Shown: piece after piece, positions 10,900 through 20,540 of the stretch
Layout: each line of letters starts with the position of its first letter
Numbering within the stretch: the stretch's first letter is position 1
Assembly (NCBI RefSeq): GCF_003367075.2
Contig: NZ_CP065936.1
Span: 750,001 to 782,000, forward strand
Length of the DNA: 32,000 nt
Origin: Cylindrospermopsis raciborskii Cr2010
GTDB lineage: Bacteria > Cyanobacteriota > Cyanobacteriia > Cyanobacteriales > Nostocaceae
Direction of reading: 5' to 3'
The notes under the pieces: model-generated
The model's database searches: none
What the model was told of the DNA's origin: nothing
The model's input: the letters and a program-made list of their open reading frames with translations, nothing else
Translations under genes and position numbers: made by a program

Positions 10900-12408
10900 A
10901 TGAAATTTACATCTGTTCTCTACGGTCTATTTCTAGTAATTGTTCTGATCACTTACTGGAATATTAAGCAATCAAAATTTCGTCTGTGGACAATAATTAT
11001 TTCCAGCATAGTTTTTTACGCCTCCTGGGATGTGCAGTATATACCACTAATGGTAGTTCTAACATTTATTAACTTTCGCCTAGGGTTAGAAATTGCCGAA
11101 AACTCTGCCTCAAATAATTACTCAAAGAAAAACAACAACAACCAAAATTCAGACCAAGATATAAAAAATATAGAAGCTGACTGGAATCCTAACAGGCTGA
11201 AAATTTTAGCTTTAGGTATTTGTTTAAATGTAGGCTTATTATTAGTTTTTAAATACTCGACCATTCTATCCCAATGGATATTGAGGTGGGATATCACCCT
11301 AGAAAATGCCAGTTTCAAGTTAGGTATTCCCCTAGGAATTTCATTTTTTACATTTGAGAATATAGCTTACCTTATAGATGTTTATCGAGGAGTACCCCCA
11401 GCTGATAACCTATTAAAATTTGCATCCTACAAATTATTTTTTCCCAAACTAATTTCCGGACCAATTACCCGCTATCATCAAATATCTTGGCAATTTGATC
11501 AGACAAAAATTAACCATATTCACATACGGACAGAAGGTTTATGGTTAATTGCCAGAGGTGCGGTGAAAAAAGGAGTTTTAGCCGACAATTTAGGAATTTT
11601 CGTAGAATTATGTTTTAACAATATACAAAGAGCAGGTAGCACAGATCTATGGTTAGCTACTTTCGCTTATGGTTTTCAACTATATTTGGATTTCAACGGT
11701 TATGTAGATATTGCCCGTGGTAGTGCTTTACTACTTGGTTTAGTATTACCAGAAAACTTTGATTTTCCCTACTTGAGTAGCAGTATTGCCGATTTTTGGC
11801 GTCGTTGGCATATCACCCTAGGTGATTGGTTACGTAATTACTTATATTTTCCCTTAGGGGGTTCTCGTCGAGGATTATTACGTACCTGTGTTAACCTATT
11901 AATAGTCATGTTAATTGCCGGTATTTGGCATGGTTCCGCGTGGGGTTTTTTAGTGTGGGGGGGGTCACACGGTATAGCTTTATGTATTCATAGAGTTACA
12001 GATGTGGTCAGCAATAATTTCAAGATTTTACGTCTATTTTGGCATCATCCTCTAGGGATAATTTTGGCATGGTTATTAACTCAATTGACCGTATTTATTT
12101 CTTGGATTTGGTTTCGGTTACCTAGAATTGAAGATTCAGCATTAGTCATGGGAAATCTCTGGGGACACACAGCTGATGTACAATTTATTAAGAAGGTTTA
12201 TATGGAAGCTCTAAATACTAGTCCTAATCAGGTATTATGGGGGTTAATTTTAATATTTGTCGTCATGATTGTGGCTTATGTATTTAAACGGAAACTTCAC
12301 TTAGAACTCAGATGGCAGTTAAAACTGGTTTTTGTACCTCTATGTTTTTATGCAGTTTGGTTATTGGCACCTCAAGGAAGTTTGCCTTATATTTATTTTG
12401 ATTTTTAG
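10900..12408 (+). CDS. MBOAT family O-acyltransferase (AlgI-like)
   Basis: 502 aa polytopic protein; GISFFTFENIAYLID, PKLISGPITR, FWRRWHITLGDWLRNY and catalytic-His WHGSAWGF motifs; starts immediately after the stop of the SGNH partner. Confidence 0.92.
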   Translation: MKFTSVLYGLFLVIVLITYWNIKQSKFRLWTIIISSIVFYASWDVQYIPLMVVLTFINFRLGLEIAENSASNNYSKKNNNNQNSDQDIKNIEADWNPNRLKILALGICLNVGLLLVFKYSTILSQWILRWDITLENASFKLGIPLGISFFTFENIAYLIDVYRGVPPADNLLKFASYKLFFPKLISGPITRYHQISWQFDQTKINHIHIRTEGLWLIARGAVKKGVLADNLGIFVELCFNNIQRAGSTDLWLATFAYGFQLYLDFNGYVDIARGSALLLGLVLPENFDFPYLSSSIADFWRRWHITLGDWLRNYLYFPLGGSRRGLLRTCVNLLIVMLIAGIWHGSAWGFLVWGGSHGIALCIHRVTDVVSNNFKILRLFWHHPLGIILAWLLTQLTVFISWIWFRLPRIEDSALVMGNLWGHTADVQFIKKVYMEALNTSPNQVLWGLILIFVVMIVAYVFKRKLHLELRWQLKLVFVPLCFYAVWLLAPQGSLPYIYFDF

Positions 12409-12669
12409 TGAGACATTTTAGTGATAAAATAGTGGGTATGGTTTTTCCCTCCATATCACCATCTGCCATGATCCCTCTCCCCCACTTTCAAATTTAAAGT
12501 CGTCATATTTATTAAACCTCTTGCTTGTTTTACACTTTGTCATACCATTATAGCTGATCTAATGATGAGTAGTACAGAAATTACGAAAATGGTTAAAACT
12601 AGGGAACCTGCCATGTCTAAGGTTAGACATTACAAGAAACCGAAAGGTAAGGGGGATTAATTGTCATTT

Positions 12670-13617
12670 CTAGTCTTCTTTAGACTCGCTAAACGTTCTA
12701 GGTGTGTTTTTTAAATTGAAATCAACCGCCATTAAATCAATACCATCAATAATTTTACTGGGTTCAGAAATTCCCAAAGCTGTAAAACATTTGTCTCGAT
12801 AATTGGGGTGATTTTGGAAAAAGAGTATCGCTTTTTTTAAAGGTTCAATTACAGGATAAGCTGATTGAGCCTTCTCAATAGCTGCTTGAGGAATAGGGAA
12901 ACTGAGCCTTTGAATAGCCAAATCAATTAAATCTCTCGACTCTACTGAAGAATCATTCCATCTGTCAGAATTAGCCAAAAGTTTTTCTGCAAAACTGTCA
13001 ATTTGATTTAGGCATGGTACAGGTGACCAACTAGGATAGTCTGCTTCTCCTAGTTCAATATGTCCTTCCATAATTATTTCAAATTTAATCAGGGTTTCAT
13101 CAACAATAATGGCAAATCTTATTCCATACTGATCGGCTTTAATTTCCCCGGGTAAGTTGAGATTATTTTGATTTTTAAAAAGGGCATTATATTGATTTTT
13201 AGCTATTTTTTGTCGTAGTAATCGGTAGCCAGCACCAGTGGAACAGAGAAAATCTATATCCTTGCTTAATCTATATTGTCCATGATTTAAACTAACCAGA
13301 GTTCCACCGCCAAAATATGCACCACACTCTAATAAAAAATTAGTGTTTAATTGTTGAAGAACATTTAAAATTTTTTGATGAAATTCCCTCTCAAACATTT
13401 TCGCTCCTAACCATGAATGATAATATTGAGCTAATTGTTCCACAAATAAGGCTTCTGTATGGCTCAAGTTTGCTAAAACTCCCCGGTAATGCCACCCTCG
13501 CTCATATATTCTTAGCATTTCTAAAGGAGTAAGATTTTTTATATCTTCTCTTTGCCAAGATAATTTTTTTAAAAACGGTAATTTTTCTGGAGTTTGAATT
13601 TGGGGTTTAATTAACAT
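12670..13617 (-). CDS. Nucleotidyltransferase, AbiEii/AbiGii toxin-family-like
   Basis: GGTLVSLNHGQYRLSKDIDFLCS matches the GG(T/S)..-x-RxSxDIDF nucleotidyltransferase motif; the rest is consistent with the family. Confidence 0.7.
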   Translation of the reverse strand: MLIKPQIQTPEKLPFLKKLSWQREDIKNLTPLEMLRIYERGWHYRGVLANLSHTEALFVEQLAQYYHSWLGAKMFEREFHQKILNVLQQLNTNFLLECGAYFGGGTLVSLNHGQYRLSKDIDFLCSTGAGYRLLRQKIAKNQYNALFKNQNNLNLPGEIKADQYGIRFAIIVDETLIKFEIIMEGHIELGEADYPSWSPVPCLNQIDSFAEKLLANSDRWNDSSVESRDLIDLAIQRLSFPIPQAAIEKAQSAYPVIEPLKKAILFFQNHPNYRDKCFTALGISEPSKIIDGIDLMAVDFNLKNTPRTFSESKED

Positions 13618-13663
13618 TTATATCTATTTATCATTATCAAAAACATTAATAAAATCCTGAATA

Positions 13664-13711
13664 AGCGTAACCTATGCGGGCGTTGGGTTTCATGCTTCAA
13701 CCTAACCTACG
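13664..13711 (+). repeat. Dispersed hairpin repeat, copy A (GGGCGTTGGGTTTCATGCTTCAACCTAACCTA core)
   Basis: 29/32 identity to the reverse complement of 20459..20490; internal inverted repeat GTTGGGTT...AACCTAAC. Confidence 0.75.
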
Positions 13712-13841
13712 TTCATCCTATACTTAATTCCACTCACTTACTTTGAGATCAAATATCCAAAATTATATTACTTTCAGAAGCATTAGATTATCAATAGTAC
13801 AAAATATGTTATTTTTTATATCAGTGGGAGACTTCATTTTG

Positions 13842-14514
<673 letters not shown>

Positions 14515-14533
14515 TAACCAATACTGGTAAATG

Positions 14534-14564
14534 AAAAGCTCCTCACCTGGTGGGGGGCTTTTTT
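14534..14564 (+). terminator. Rho-independent terminator downstream of the psbA remnant
   Basis: AAAAGCTCCTCACCTGGTGGGGGGCTTTTTT: stem 14534-14545 / 14551-14562 followed by a T-run. Confidence 0.8.
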
Positions 14565-14713
14565 CATAGAGTAACATCAGGGATGGGTTCATCCTCAAGT
14601 GTTGCGCCTTTTTGACTTAATAGGGTTTCCTACACTGGGAACAAAATACAGATAAATTTTCCATTCCCACAAGCTTTGATAGAATAAAAATAAATCGAGC
14701 AAAGGTAACTTTT

Positions 14714-15493
14714 ATGGCAACCCTACTCAGTGAAAGTAAATCACAGACGGGACTGGTTATCTCATGGGAAGCGTTACCCGATGATTTTCAACTAGAGGAT
14801 GAACCAGTGGACAATATAGGACAACCACTTTTAGCAGGTGCTTTATGTGAAAGTTTAGAAATCAGTGGTTTTATTCAACCACAGATGTTAATTGCTGCTA
14901 ATTTTGCTTTATGTGCCACATTAAATGCTCAATTTATCGCTAAAGCACCAGATTGGCTATATATACCTTCAGTTAAAGAAATATTGCCAGGACGCAAAAG
15001 CTATACACCCCATTTAGAAGGGGATATACCGGCTTTGGTTATGGAATTTTTGTCAGATAAAGAAGGCGGAGAATACTCATTTAAACGTACCTATCCGCCA
15101 GGAAAATGGTTTTTTTATGAACAGATTTTGCAAGTTCCTATTTATATCATTTTTGATCCAGATGGAGGATTATTAGAATATTATCAACTGGAAGATGAAC
15201 GTTATGAATTAAAGCAACCAGACGAAAATGGTCGTCATTGGATTAAGTCAATGGGACTATTTTTAGGAACTTGGCAAGGTACAAAAGAAGGACGTACTGG
15301 CTATTGGTTGCGATGGTGGGATAAAACAGGTAATTTGTTACCTTGGGCTTTAGAACTGATTGAACAGGAACGCCAACGAGCAGAGCAGGAACGCCAACGA
15401 GCAGAACAGGAACGTCAGGAAAAAGAAAGGTTAATAGCTTACTTGCGATCGCAAGGAGTTGACCCTAATAGTTTACCTAATCATGCCAAGTAA
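14714..15493 (+). CDS. Uma2 family (DUF820) PD-(D/E)XK-like endonuclease domain protein
   Basis: LSWEALPDDFQLEDEPVDN, PDWLYIPSV, SYTPHLEGDIPALVMEFLSD and GKWFFYEQILQVPIYIIFDP are typical cyanobacterial Uma2 motifs. Confidence 0.85.
   Translation: MATLLSESKSQTGLVISWEALPDDFQLEDEPVDNIGQPLLAGALCESLEISGFIQPQMLIAANFALCATLNAQFIAKAPDWLYIPSVKEILPGRKSYTPHLEGDIPALVMEFLSDKEGGEYSFKRTYPPGKWFFYEQILQVPIYIIFDPDGGLLEYYQLEDERYELKQPDENGRHWIKSMGLFLGTWQGTKEGRTGYWLRWWDKTGNLLPWALELIEQERQRAEQERQRAEQERQEKERLIAYLRSQGVDPNSLPNHAK
15368..15409 (+). repeat. Two tandem 21-nt repeats encoding ERQRAEQ
   Basis: GAACGCCAACGAGCAGAGCAG then GAACGCCAACGAGCAGAACAG: 20/21 identical. Confidence 0.9.
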
Positions 15494-15712
15494 ATTGGCT
15501 ATGTAAATGTAGGCGGAACTTATCTAACATTTTGTCATCCCATTCATTAGGAACAGATACAAGAGAGTTGTTGAAAAATAAGGGATAATAATCAAGCAGA
15601 CAGGTGATATTAATGAAGTTGTGGGGAATTATTAAATGCGATCTCCCAAAGGGAGTGCTGCGCAATCGCCCCTAGGGAATGCTTCCCAATCGCATTTATA
15701 TCCCGTAGGGTT

Positions 15713-15732
15713 GTTGGGTTATTAAACCCAAC
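15713..15732. repeat. Perfect stem-loop GTTGGGTT-ATTA-AACCCAAC
   Basis: 8-bp perfect arms with a 4-nt loop; shares arm sequence with the dispersed repeats at 13664 and 20459. Confidence 0.75.
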
Positions 15733-15742
15733 CGATAAACAT

Positions 15743-15784
15743 ACCTATCCGCAGGGAAAATGGTTTTTTTATGAACAGATTTTG
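15743..15784 (+). pseudogene. Fragment of a second Uma2-family coding sequence
   Basis: 40/42 nt identical to 15089..15130 in the intact gene (encoding TYPPGKWFFYEQIL). Confidence 0.8.
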
Positions 15785-15822
15785 TTCGTTCCTAAACCTA
15801 ACCTATCAGATTGGCGATCGCA

Positions 15823-16620
15823 CTACAACAAGGGGTTATGTGTTTCTTGAGAACCTGATTTATTAGAAAATAACATTTCACATACTAATGGCAAACCCAA
15901 CTCCAACTCTTCTAATAATCTCCGCTGACCAAATACATCATGAGGACTTCCTTCCAGCATTAATTTTCCTCTATCCATCACAAAAACCCAATCCGCCCAC
16001 CTGTAAACTAAATCTAAATCATGAGTTGCCATCACTAATGTAGTTCCATGTTGATGGATTTTATTCAGCATTGCTATCAAATTACGAGTCTGTTTAATAT
16101 CCAGATATGCGGTAGGTTCATCCAACAATAATAATTCGGGTCTTAGTACCATGACATCTGCTATGGAAACCCGCTTTTTTTGCCCTAAACTCAGATGATG
16201 AGTGGGTGTTTGTGCCAAAGTAGTTAGCTCAAATTCTATCAATACTTCCTCTACCCGCTGTTGAATTTCTACCACTGGTAAACCCAAATTACATAAACCA
16301 TAAGATATATCTTCTTCAACAGTAGCAGCTACTAGTTGTTGTTCTGGATTTTGAAAAACCAATCCAACTTTCTGTCTTAATCTACCCAGATAATTTCGGT
16401 TGTAAGTTAATGGTTCACCACACCAACTGACAACCCCACGATTGGGTTTATATAACCCATTAGCTAGTAATAAGAGTGTTGTTTTTCCACAACCATTCTG
16501 ACCAATTAAGGCACACTTCTTACCTGATGGAATTCTCAATGTTAGACTATTTAAAGCCAATTGTTGAGATTCCATATAACTGTAATATACTTCCTTAAAC
16601 TCTAGTAGATATTCCCGCAT
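15823..16620 (-). CDS. cbiO: Energy-coupling factor cobalt/nickel transporter ATP-binding protein
   Basis: Walker A GQNGCGKTT, signature LSLGQKKRVSIA, Walker B LLLLDEPTAYLD; downstream of cbiQ. Confidence 0.93.
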   Translation of the reverse strand: MREYLLEFKEVYYSYMESQQLALNSLTLRIPSGKKCALIGQNGCGKTTLLLLANGLYKPNRGVVSWCGEPLTYNRNYLGRLRQKVGLVFQNPEQQLVAATVEEDISYGLCNLGLPVVEIQQRVEEVLIEFELTTLAQTPTHHLSLGQKKRVSIADVMVLRPELLLLDEPTAYLDIKQTRNLIAMLNKIHQHGTTLVMATHDLDLVYRWADWVFVMDRGKLMLEGSPHDVFGQRRLLEELELGLPLVCEMLFSNKSGSQETHNPLL

Positions 16621-16621
16621 T

Positions 16622-17407
16622 TTACCAAAAATTTAATCCTATTAACACTACACAACCAACTATTGACTCAATTATATATCGCAGTTCCAAACTATACCGA
16701 TATTGACGCCAAACCCGAAATTCACTCACAAAACCTCTTGCTTCCAGTCCCAGAGAAAACTGATTATATTGTTGTAAGCTACGCTGTAGCAGTTGTCCTA
16801 TGAGTATTGCTAAACTTTTCATTCCCACACCAGCAGTGCGATAACCACCACGAGAAGTTTGTGCTGTCCATAATTCATTGGCTGTGCTCAATAAAATGAA
16901 AATAAATCTATACATCAGCAATAATAAGTCCGTTATCAGTATGGGAACCCCTAAATAGCGCAAAATTCCTAGTATTTCTGTAAAAGGAATAGTCAGTATC
17001 ATAAAGTACACACAAGAAGCAGAAGATAAGGATCGAGTTAAAATATTCTATGCCTGTATTGTTCCATTATGACTGATATAAACATAAAAATTCCCTAGGG
17101 TTATTCCATACCATGAGTCTAATTTGACGCTTTCTATATCGAAAATGCTCACACCATTAACTATGAGTGCTGGTAAACTCATCAAGCCAAAAACTATGGT
17201 GAACATCAATAACTGTAAATAAACTTTGGCTGGAATTTTGGCATAAATCACTGTCCAAATACTCATCCAGATCACAGTTAAAATTTGTACTCGTGGATCA
17301 CTAGCTAGAGAAATAGCAAGGGTGGTAAACGCAAAAATAAGTTTATGCCATGGTGATAATTTTCGTAGTCTATTAGTATAAGATAAAGTATCTATTTGGT
17401 GGATCAT
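16622..17407 (-). pseudogene. cbiQ: cbiQ, ECF transporter transmembrane protein, interrupted by one in-frame TAG at 17048..17050
   Basis: ORFs 17048..17485 and 16622..17011 are in the same frame. Readthrough gives ...NGTIQA*NILTRSLSSASCVYFMILTIPFTEILGILRYLGVP... with no other stop. Likely start MIHQIDTLSY at 17407. Confidence 0.85.
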
Positions 17408-17426
17408 CGGAAATTGTTTTGCTGGC

Positions 17427-17729
17427 TTATTCTTCGGGTTTTTGCGGTTGGGAACGTCCCTTATATAACCCAATTGCATAACCAACTACTCCAGCGCCCA
17501 AAGCTGCTTGTAAAGCAAATAATAAACTTTCTATTTCTCCACTAGGGGGTTCAAACAATGATTTAAACCAAGGTTTATATTTGGGTTGTATTTCAGTAAT
17601 TAGCTTTTCTGCTTGCTTATCAGCCCCTCCAAATTCACTATCACGAATCAACATTAATGGTGTCACAGCTAAAATTACTACCCCTACTACCAAAAGCCAG
17701 TTAATTAACCTTTTCTGAGACTGATTCAT
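17427..17729 (-). CDS. cbiN: Cobalt transport protein CbiN
   Basis: 100 aa; [17 protein letters not shown] and a [25 protein letters not shown]-terminal TM; overlaps the end of cbiM. Confidence 0.9.
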   Translation of the reverse strand: MNQSQKRLINWLLVVGVVILAVTPLMLIRDSEFGGADKQAEKLITEIQPKYKPWFKSLFEPPSGEIESLLFALQAALGAGVVGYAIGLYKGRSQPQKPEE

Positions 17730-18540
17730 TACCGTTTCCTCCCTTGATTAATTGTAAAAGTTCCAACTCTTGAGGATTATAAGATTGTAGCCAATTCCAC
17801 ACTAGTAGGGTTAGCAATCCTTCGCTAATTGCTAAAGGAACTTGAGTAATGGCAAAAATTCCAGTAAACTTGATAAATGAGGCCATAAAGCCACCAACTG
17901 GTGCGGGAAAAGCCAGCGCAAGTTGTATAGAGGTAATTACATAGGTCAATAAATCTGCGATCGCAGCTGACAAGAAGATGGCAATTTTCTCTTTACCACT
18001 AATTTTAATTGTCAAATTGTATATCCAATATGCAGCAAAAGGTCCAGCTATGGCCATGGAAAAAGCATTGGCCCCCAAAGTAGTTAATCCACCATGTGCT
18101 AGCAGCAAGGATTGAAATAATAGTACCAAGCTACCCAGGACTGACATTGTTAAAGGACCAAATAGTACTGCACCCAATCCAGTACCAGTAGGATGGGAGG
18201 AGCTACCCGTAACTGAGGGGATTTTTAATGCTGACAGCACAAAAGCGAAAGCACCAGCTAAACCCAGTAGTAGTTTCAGCTGGGGGTTGGCCTGAGTAGT
18301 GCGAGTTAGACTGCGTAACCCAAGAATAAAAAAGGGTAATGCTACCACCCACCAAAAAACTGCCCACCCTACTGGTAGGAAACCTTCCATAATGTGCATG
18401 GCGTAGGCGGGCTTTGGCACACTAACTAATATACAAAAACTGATAATTGCTATTAGGGTGGGATTGAATAAACCCCGTTTTACTCTCACAATCTTTACCT
18501 CCCAAACTTTGTCCGCCTTTTTGGCAATTGCTGTTGACAA
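17701..18540 (-). CDS. cbiM: Cobalt ECF transporter substrate-binding component CbiM
   Basis: N-terminal signal peptide followed by [10 protein letters not shown]; [14 protein letters not shown] and [19 protein letters not shown] motifs. Confidence 0.95.
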   Translation of the reverse strand: MSTAIAKKADKVWEVKIVRVKRGLFNPTLIAIISFCILVSVPKPAYAMHIMEGFLPVGWAVFWWVVALPFFILGLRSLTRTTQANPQLKLLLGLAGAFAFVLSALKIPSVTGSSSHPTGTGLGAVLFGPLTMSVLGSLVLLFQSLLLAHGGLTTLGANAFSMAIAGPFAAYWIYNLTIKISGKEKIAIFLSAAIADLLTYVITSIQLALAFPAPVGGFMASFIKFTGIFAITQVPLAISEGLLTLLVWNWLQSYNPQELELLQLIKGGNGNESVSEKVN

Positions 18541-18577
18541 GCAAATCTTACCTTAACTATACTGTTTAAGTCAACAA

Positions 18578-18598
18578 ACATTGTGGGTCGAACAATGT
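18578..18598. promoter_or_regulatory. Inverted repeat ACATTGT-N7-ACAATGT in the cbiM / NTPase divergent intergenic region
   Basis: Perfect 7-bp arms, 38 bp upstream of the cbiM ORF start. Operator role is inferred. Confidence 0.35.
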
Positions 18599-18630
18599 AC
18601 GAATATCAGTAAGTAAATTATTAGCTACCA

Positions 18631-19959
18631 TTGGATATAACAAAATCACTTTACCAAGCTTGCAACCCCAATAAAACGCTAAATAGTAATAATCCTGAAG
18701 ATAAACAACGGTATATTGACTTCTCTCCAGTTCGTGGACTGGAAATAATTAACGAACTAAAACGGACTATTACACGACTTTCCCCAGATTCACCAACCTG
18801 TCAACTGTTTACCGGACATATCGGGGTGGGTAAGTCTACTGAGTTAATGCGTCTAAAATCAGAACTGGAAACTGAATTTTTTCATGTAGTATATTTTGAA
18901 TCTAGTCAGAGTTTGGATTTAGGAGATGTTGACGTTACTGACATTTTATTAGCAATAGCTAAAGAAGTAAGTCACAGTTTAGAAGTTACACAAATTAACG
19001 TCAAATCTGGATTTTTTCAGAATCTATTTAAGGATGTGATTGAGTTCTTACAAACACCCTTGGATATTGATTTTGAGGCGGAATTATCTGTTGGTATAGC
19101 GAAAATCACTGCTAAAACCAAGGAAAGTCCCAAACTACGTGATCAGCTCAGACAGTATTTAGAACCTCGCACCGCTAGTATTTTACAATCCATCAACAGA
19201 GAATTACTAGTCCCTGCTCAAGAGGAGTTAAAAAAGCAGGGTAAGTCAGGTTTAGTAGTAATTATTGATAATTTAGACAGGATAGATAATAGTCCTAAAG
19301 CTAATGGTCAATATCAACCAGAATATCTGTTTGTTGAAAGAGGTGAACAGTTAAAAGCTTTAAGCTGTCACATTGTGTACACTATTCCTTTAGTGCTGAT
19401 ATTTTCCAATGCTTTGGGTAGATTAATTAATCGCTTTGGAGTAGATCCTAAAGTGTTGCCAATGATATCTGTTAAACAAAGAAATGGTGAATACTACTCA
19501 GCAGCTATGACTCTTCTACAACAAATGATTATGGTCAGAGCTTTTCCCAGTGTGAATTGGCAACAAAGTCCAGAGAAATTGGCCTTGACCACTAAGATTT
19601 TTGATAGTCCTAGAACCTTTGATCGTCTTTGTCAGGTTAGTGGTGGTCACTTACGTAGTCTTTTGAAGTTGTTGTTTCGTTGTTTACAATCACAGGATGT
19701 ACCAATTTCTCGTCTATGTTTAGAAAACACCATTAAAGAACAGTGTAATCTATTAAGTTTAGCTATTACATCTGATGAATGGGAACTATTGCGAAAAGTA
19801 TGGAAAACAAAAACATACAGAGGGGAAGAACAGTATAATATTTTGCTGCGCAGTTTGTTTGTTTTTGAATATCGAGATGACCAAGGTTCTTGGTTTGATA
19901 TCAATCCAATCTTATTAGAATCCACCGAATTTCCTAGGGATTATGATTATAAGGATTAG
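18631..19959 (+). CDS. P-loop NTPase (AAA/STAND-like)
   Basis: Walker A GHIGVGKST, Walker B-like GLVVIIDNLDRI. ORF begins with TTG. Confidence 0.75.
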   Translation: MDITKSLYQACNPNKTLNSNNPEDKQRYIDFSPVRGLEIINELKRTITRLSPDSPTCQLFTGHIGVGKSTELMRLKSELETEFFHVVYFESSQSLDLGDVDVTDILLAIAKEVSHSLEVTQINVKSGFFQNLFKDVIEFLQTPLDIDFEAELSVGIAKITAKTKESPKLRDQLRQYLEPRTASILQSINRELLVPAQEELKKQGKSGLVVIIDNLDRIDNSPKANGQYQPEYLFVERGEQLKALSCHIVYTIPLVLIFSNALGRLINRFGVDPKVLPMISVKQRNGEYYSAAMTLLQQMIMVRAFPSVNWQQSPEKLALTTKIFDSPRTFDRLCQVSGGHLRSLLKLLFRCLQSQDVPISRLCLENTIKEQCNLLSLAITSDEWELLRKVWKTKTYRGEEQYNILLRSLFVFEYRDDQGSWFDINPILLESTEFPRDYDYKD

Positions 19960-19963
19960 TATC

Positions 19964-20419
19964 ATGAATAATTTGGAGAATGTTGCTAATGATAACCATG
20001 ATGCAATTAGGAGTATATTGAGGGCTATTAACTTTTCCCAAGGTCAGTTTTCTCTCATCTTTTTGCACTGTAATTGTGTTAGATTGCACCAAAAAATAGC
20101 AGTAAAATTGCGTAGTAGTTATTGTACAAAAATTGAGGAGATCAATCTATCCCCATCAGCTATGAGTCTTTATGACAACATATCAGCTACAATGGTGAAT
20201 ATACAACCCTATGCTGTGATGGTTTTTGGTTTAGATGCTGTTAAAAATCTGGACTCGATTTTACAAGTATCAAACCAAATTAGAGAGGAATTCAGCAAAA
20301 AATTTGCCTTTCCACTATTTATTTGGATAGATGATCAAGTACTTAGGAGAATTATTAGGATTGCACCAGATTTAGAAAGCTGGGGTACTATTATCGATAT
20401 TGATAACTTTCTTAATTGA
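19964..20419 (+). CDS. Short hypothetical protein next to the NTPase, resembling only the N-terminal part of larger cyanobacterial ATPase/TPR proteins
   Basis: FPLFIWIDDQVLRRIIRIAPDLESWGTII resembles a (L/F)PLxxWxxDxxLxxLxRLAPDxxSW pattern remembered from larger proteins; in-frame ATG at 19964 follows the NTPase stop. Confidence 0.5.
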   Translation: MNNLENVANDNHDAIRSILRAINFSQGQFSLIFLHCNCVRLHQKIAVKLRSSYCTKIEEINLSPSAMSLYDNISATMVNIQPYAVMVFGLDAVKNLDSILQVSNQIREEFSKKFAFPLFIWIDDQVLRRIIRIAPDLESWGTIIDIDNFLN

Positions 20420-20458
20420 GCGCTAAGTGGGTGGGTGGAGTTAAATATAAGATGAGAG

Positions 20459-20510
20459 TAGGTTGGGTTGAAGTATGAAACTCAACGCCCAGATGGGTAA
20501 CCCATCCTAC
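20459..20510 (-). repeat. Dispersed hairpin repeat, copy B (inverse orientation to copy A)
   Basis: Reverse complement GGGCGTTGAGTTTCATACTTCAACCCAACCTA matches copy A at 29/32 positions. Confidence 0.75.
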
Positions 20511-20540
20511 AAGTAATTGTCTGTCCCTACTTAATTATGA

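Noticed and set aside
18541-18630. Cobalamin riboswitch upstream of cbiM
   Set aside because: The spacer is only about 90 bp and shows no recognisable B12-box architecture.
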